A stretch of 64,000 bases of DNA, taken from NCBI RefSeq assembly GCF_009914755.1, contig NC_060947.1, one strand, 5' to 3'. The notes beneath the pieces were generated by a model. The model saw only the letters and a list, made by a program, of their open reading frames with translations, searched no databases and was not told the origin of the DNA. Within the stretch, counting starts at the first letter, position 1. Every line of letters begins with the position of its first letter. This DNA comes from the human T2T-CHM13v2.0 reference genome, Homo sapiens. Of the stretch, positions 60,963-64,000 are shown in pieces. Position numbers and translations under genes: made by a program.

Positions 60963-62792
60963 CCAATGAACAATTACCATCAATAGACCCCTCTTGTGAA
61001 GGACATCAAAGTATTATATCCCACTCTGCCCCCCAACCCTAATTTTTAAAGAGTTTCTGCTATGATATAACTGATGGCAGGGAGGATTGATCCATGATGA
61101 ATGTGTAGTAGGAAAAAGCTTCTGTGGTTTACTGTAAAATGGTAAGGATTAAAGAGATTTACTGACCTCTGTAACAAGCTACCCACTCCTCATAATGTGC
61201 TATGGCTACTATTAGGGGTGGGGAGACACTCTAGTAACTATTTTAGAAATTAACCTGGGTTTATGGAATCCGTTATGGAGAAAACAAAGCTAACTTCAAC
61301 TCTTTCCTGATTCTTTTTACTATAGGAAGCAGAGGCCTAAAATTATATTTGAGGCTGTGAGATCTTTTTTGAGGGAAAAATACCTAAATGAATCTCACAA
61401 TTATGACAACATAAAACAATAATTTTAACTGGAATGAACAATGAAGAACTAAACTTGAGTTCTTTTCTGTTTGTTTGCAGGGATTTGGGACTGGCTTCTT
61501 CTGTCTGGGACTTAGGAGATGGATTTGGGGTTCTGGTTTTTGTTGAAGACTGACAGGGTCATAAACAAGCTCCATCTGGCAACATGAAGGTAGGCTGAGG
61601 AAATCAGGCATGATAGATGGACTCCAGGAGCAATTGTCTCTAGTGTTTAGTTTAAAGATTTTCCTCTATTATAATTCCTTTCAGCAAAATTTATAAGACA
61701 TCACAATCTGTTGCTGCCTGTGCCTTGGATAATGAAGGGAAGAACATTTATCTACTCTGAGAAAAAGAGATGCAAGAAGAAAAATAGCCACCGGTGAAAT
61801 GTTGGTTAGGCGATAGCTTCAGAAGAAAGGCAGAGAAGTCTGGGGTTATAGGTGACAAGAGACCACCAGGAAAGATTTGTGACAAATGTAAGCATTAACC
61901 AAGGAGTCTCAGAAAGATGTAAAGAGAGGAGTTGATAATCATGGAATTTCTTCTGCCACCTTAAAGTGCCCTACTATTCTGACACCTCAGCAGTTTTTGG
62001 CTACAGTTTTGAGTCTACCTCCTTTACCTGAGGCCATCTCCTCACCAGCCCTGCCAGTTTCCTTCTTCTATTTTATTGAGCCTTGCAGATGGCAAGAGAG
62101 AAGGGAAGGTTCTGGAGTTATCAGCCTGCTTCATCATTCTTGCTCCCCTTCCCCCTAGGAAGCTGGGGCAGGGAGGGAGGGGACTGCAGGTTGGAACAGC
62201 AAGCTACCCACAGGCCAAAGTGAGGGACAGGGTACCTTTGATCAGCTCCCCGTTAATGAACTGTTTTTCCTCATGTCCTACTTTTTTCTTTTTCTTTGTT
62301 TCTTTCTTTTTTCCTTTGGTCTTTAACATTTATTTATTTATTTACCAACTTGGTCTGTGCCGAGCAGACGTGGTTAGCTATCTAAAGGTCACTAGGATGA
62401 AACCATTTGGCCAGAGCCCAGTGTTTCAGCTTTGCCAGGGACACGCTGTTCTACTGTACCTCAACACTATCAGAAACATGCAATTAAAGCTCATTTTACA
62501 TTTCTTTCCTCCTTTATTTTCCCCTTCTTATCTTATACCCACTCTTTTGAGTCTGTTACTCTAATTGTATCTGTTTTCTCTGTTTTTTCTATTTCCATTC
62601 TTTGCAGTCTCTACTCTTTTCCCTCTGCTTCTTTTTCCAGGCTTGGCTCTTTCTGCTTGAGTTGACTTGAAGCAACTCTCCATTACCAGTGGAAATTTTC
62701 TGTGCCTGGTAGTCTGGGAAGGTGGTAGGTAGAAACGTCAGTGGAGTATTGTTTTTATCTCTATAAAGTAGAACTAAAGTTAAGCTATTGGT

Positions 62793-63083
62793 GGCTGGGC
62801 GTGGTGGCTCATGCCTGTAATCCCAACACTTTGGGAGGCTGAGGTGGGTGGGTCACTTGAGGCCGGGAGTTTGAGACCAGCCTGGTCAACATGGCAAAAC
62901 CTCATCTCTACTAAAAATACAAAAATTAGCTGATTGTGGCGGCATGCACCTGTAATTCCAGCTACACAGGGGTCTGAGGTAGGAGAATCACTTGAACCCA
63001 GGAGGCGGAGGCTGCAGTGAGCCAAGGTCACACTACTGCATTCCAGCCTGGGTGACAGAGTGAGAATCTGTCAAAAAAAAAAA
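62793..63083 (+). mobile_element. Alu (AluSz/AluJ age)
   Basis: dimeric Alu with A tail; perfect 17-bp TSD aaagttaagctattggt at 62776-62792 and 63084-63100. Confidence 0.97.
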
Positions 63084-64000
63084 AAAGTTAAGCTATTGGT
63101 GAGATCTCGATAGAATGCTGAACTGTGGCAGGAGCTAGTGAGGGGAGGTGAGGAATCCACACTGCAGACAGATACTCACTTTGGAAAAGACTGAGGACAC
63201 ATGAAGGCCATCAAACAGGGAAACTAGAAACTATATTTCTTGAGGGCAAGGGGGCACTGAACTCAGAAGTCTAAGAGGCTTTGGCGCAGCCTATTTACAT
63301 GATTTCAGAGATTACCTTATCTTGTTGACCTTTCTATCTTTCATCCTTTTCCCCACTTTGGTCCACTATCTCTCTATCATCACCATGACCACTAGTGCTA
63401 CCACCTCTTAATTCATGGTTTACTTCCCTTTTGTCTCACCCCCTACTCTTTTCTGCCAGGCCTCTTGTATAACCCCTCCCAACACCTTTGGGGGTATCTC
63501 TGAATCACTTTCTTGGTGCTCGAATTTATTGCCATCCTTCTTCAGTGAAATTATGAGACGGCATAAAATGAGGACAGGGAAGGCCTTGTTGAATTCAAAC
63601 ACATAGATCCACATCCCAGCTTCCAGAACTAGAGAAGTTTCTCTTTTCCAGCTCTTCCCGTGGGCATCAAATCTCAGCTGCAGGGCCCTGCCTTTATCTG
63701 TTATCGCAGGCAATCTCTATACAGGCAATGCAGACTATCCCGAACCAAGGCCCCACTGGAAATGAAAGGATTGTGTCCCTTAAACACAATTAGACCATAG
63801 GTGGAGAGAAGGAAAATCTCTGAAAAAAGGAGGTAAAACGTTCATATGCAGCTTTATGGAAATGAGGAGAGGTAAAAATTGTAAGATGATGACTGTGGGC
63901 AAGATGAAAAAATAAATAAATAAATAAAAAGCCTTCCAAAAAATGTGGATTCTAAAATAGTAGCATAATTAACTAAAAAGTTGTTACATTCTTTCTAGGA

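Noticed and set aside
62076-62564. 162-aa plus-strand ORF
   Set aside because: It starts at TTG and runs through T-rich low-complexity sequence; no homology recognised.
63420-63713. 97-aa minus-strand ORF with protein-like composition
   Set aside because: It has a non-ATG start and no recognisable domain or supported splice structure, and its length is within chance expectation. BLASTP or PhyloCSF would be needed.

Overview
Primate (very likely human) AT-rich, repeat-dominated genomic DNA. No host protein-coding exon, CpG island or intact gene can be recognised. About 34 kb (12.4-46.5 kb) is an almost continuous stack of LINE-1 copies of different ages (L1MA, L1PB1, L1PA13, L1PA7, L1PA4/5, L1PA3, L1PA2-like). 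The flanks carry L2, MIR, L3/CR1, hAT and mariner relics, ERVL/MaLR LTR elements (LTR33, LTR16, a complete MST LTR-int-LTR), four Alus and one FLAM, most with readable target-site duplications (TSDs). All long ORFs derive from broken L1 ORF1/ORF2, antisense Alu or microsatellite. I found no new gene system. The most interesting signals are mechanistic fossils: (1) a full-length L1 that is a young/old chimera, lacks a TSD and has discordant flanks, suggesting an L1-mediated deletion in the hominid lineage; (2) a 46-bp inverted L1 fragment possibly templated from a neighbour about 0.7 kb away; (3) a 3'-truncated tRNA-Pro(AGG) copy; (4) two twin-priming inversions; (5) three-level L1 nesting; (6) overlapping TSDs; (7) a 28-bp template-switch palindrome. 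Subfamily calls come from recalled consensus diagnostics, not from a database search. Old-repeat boundaries are approximate.
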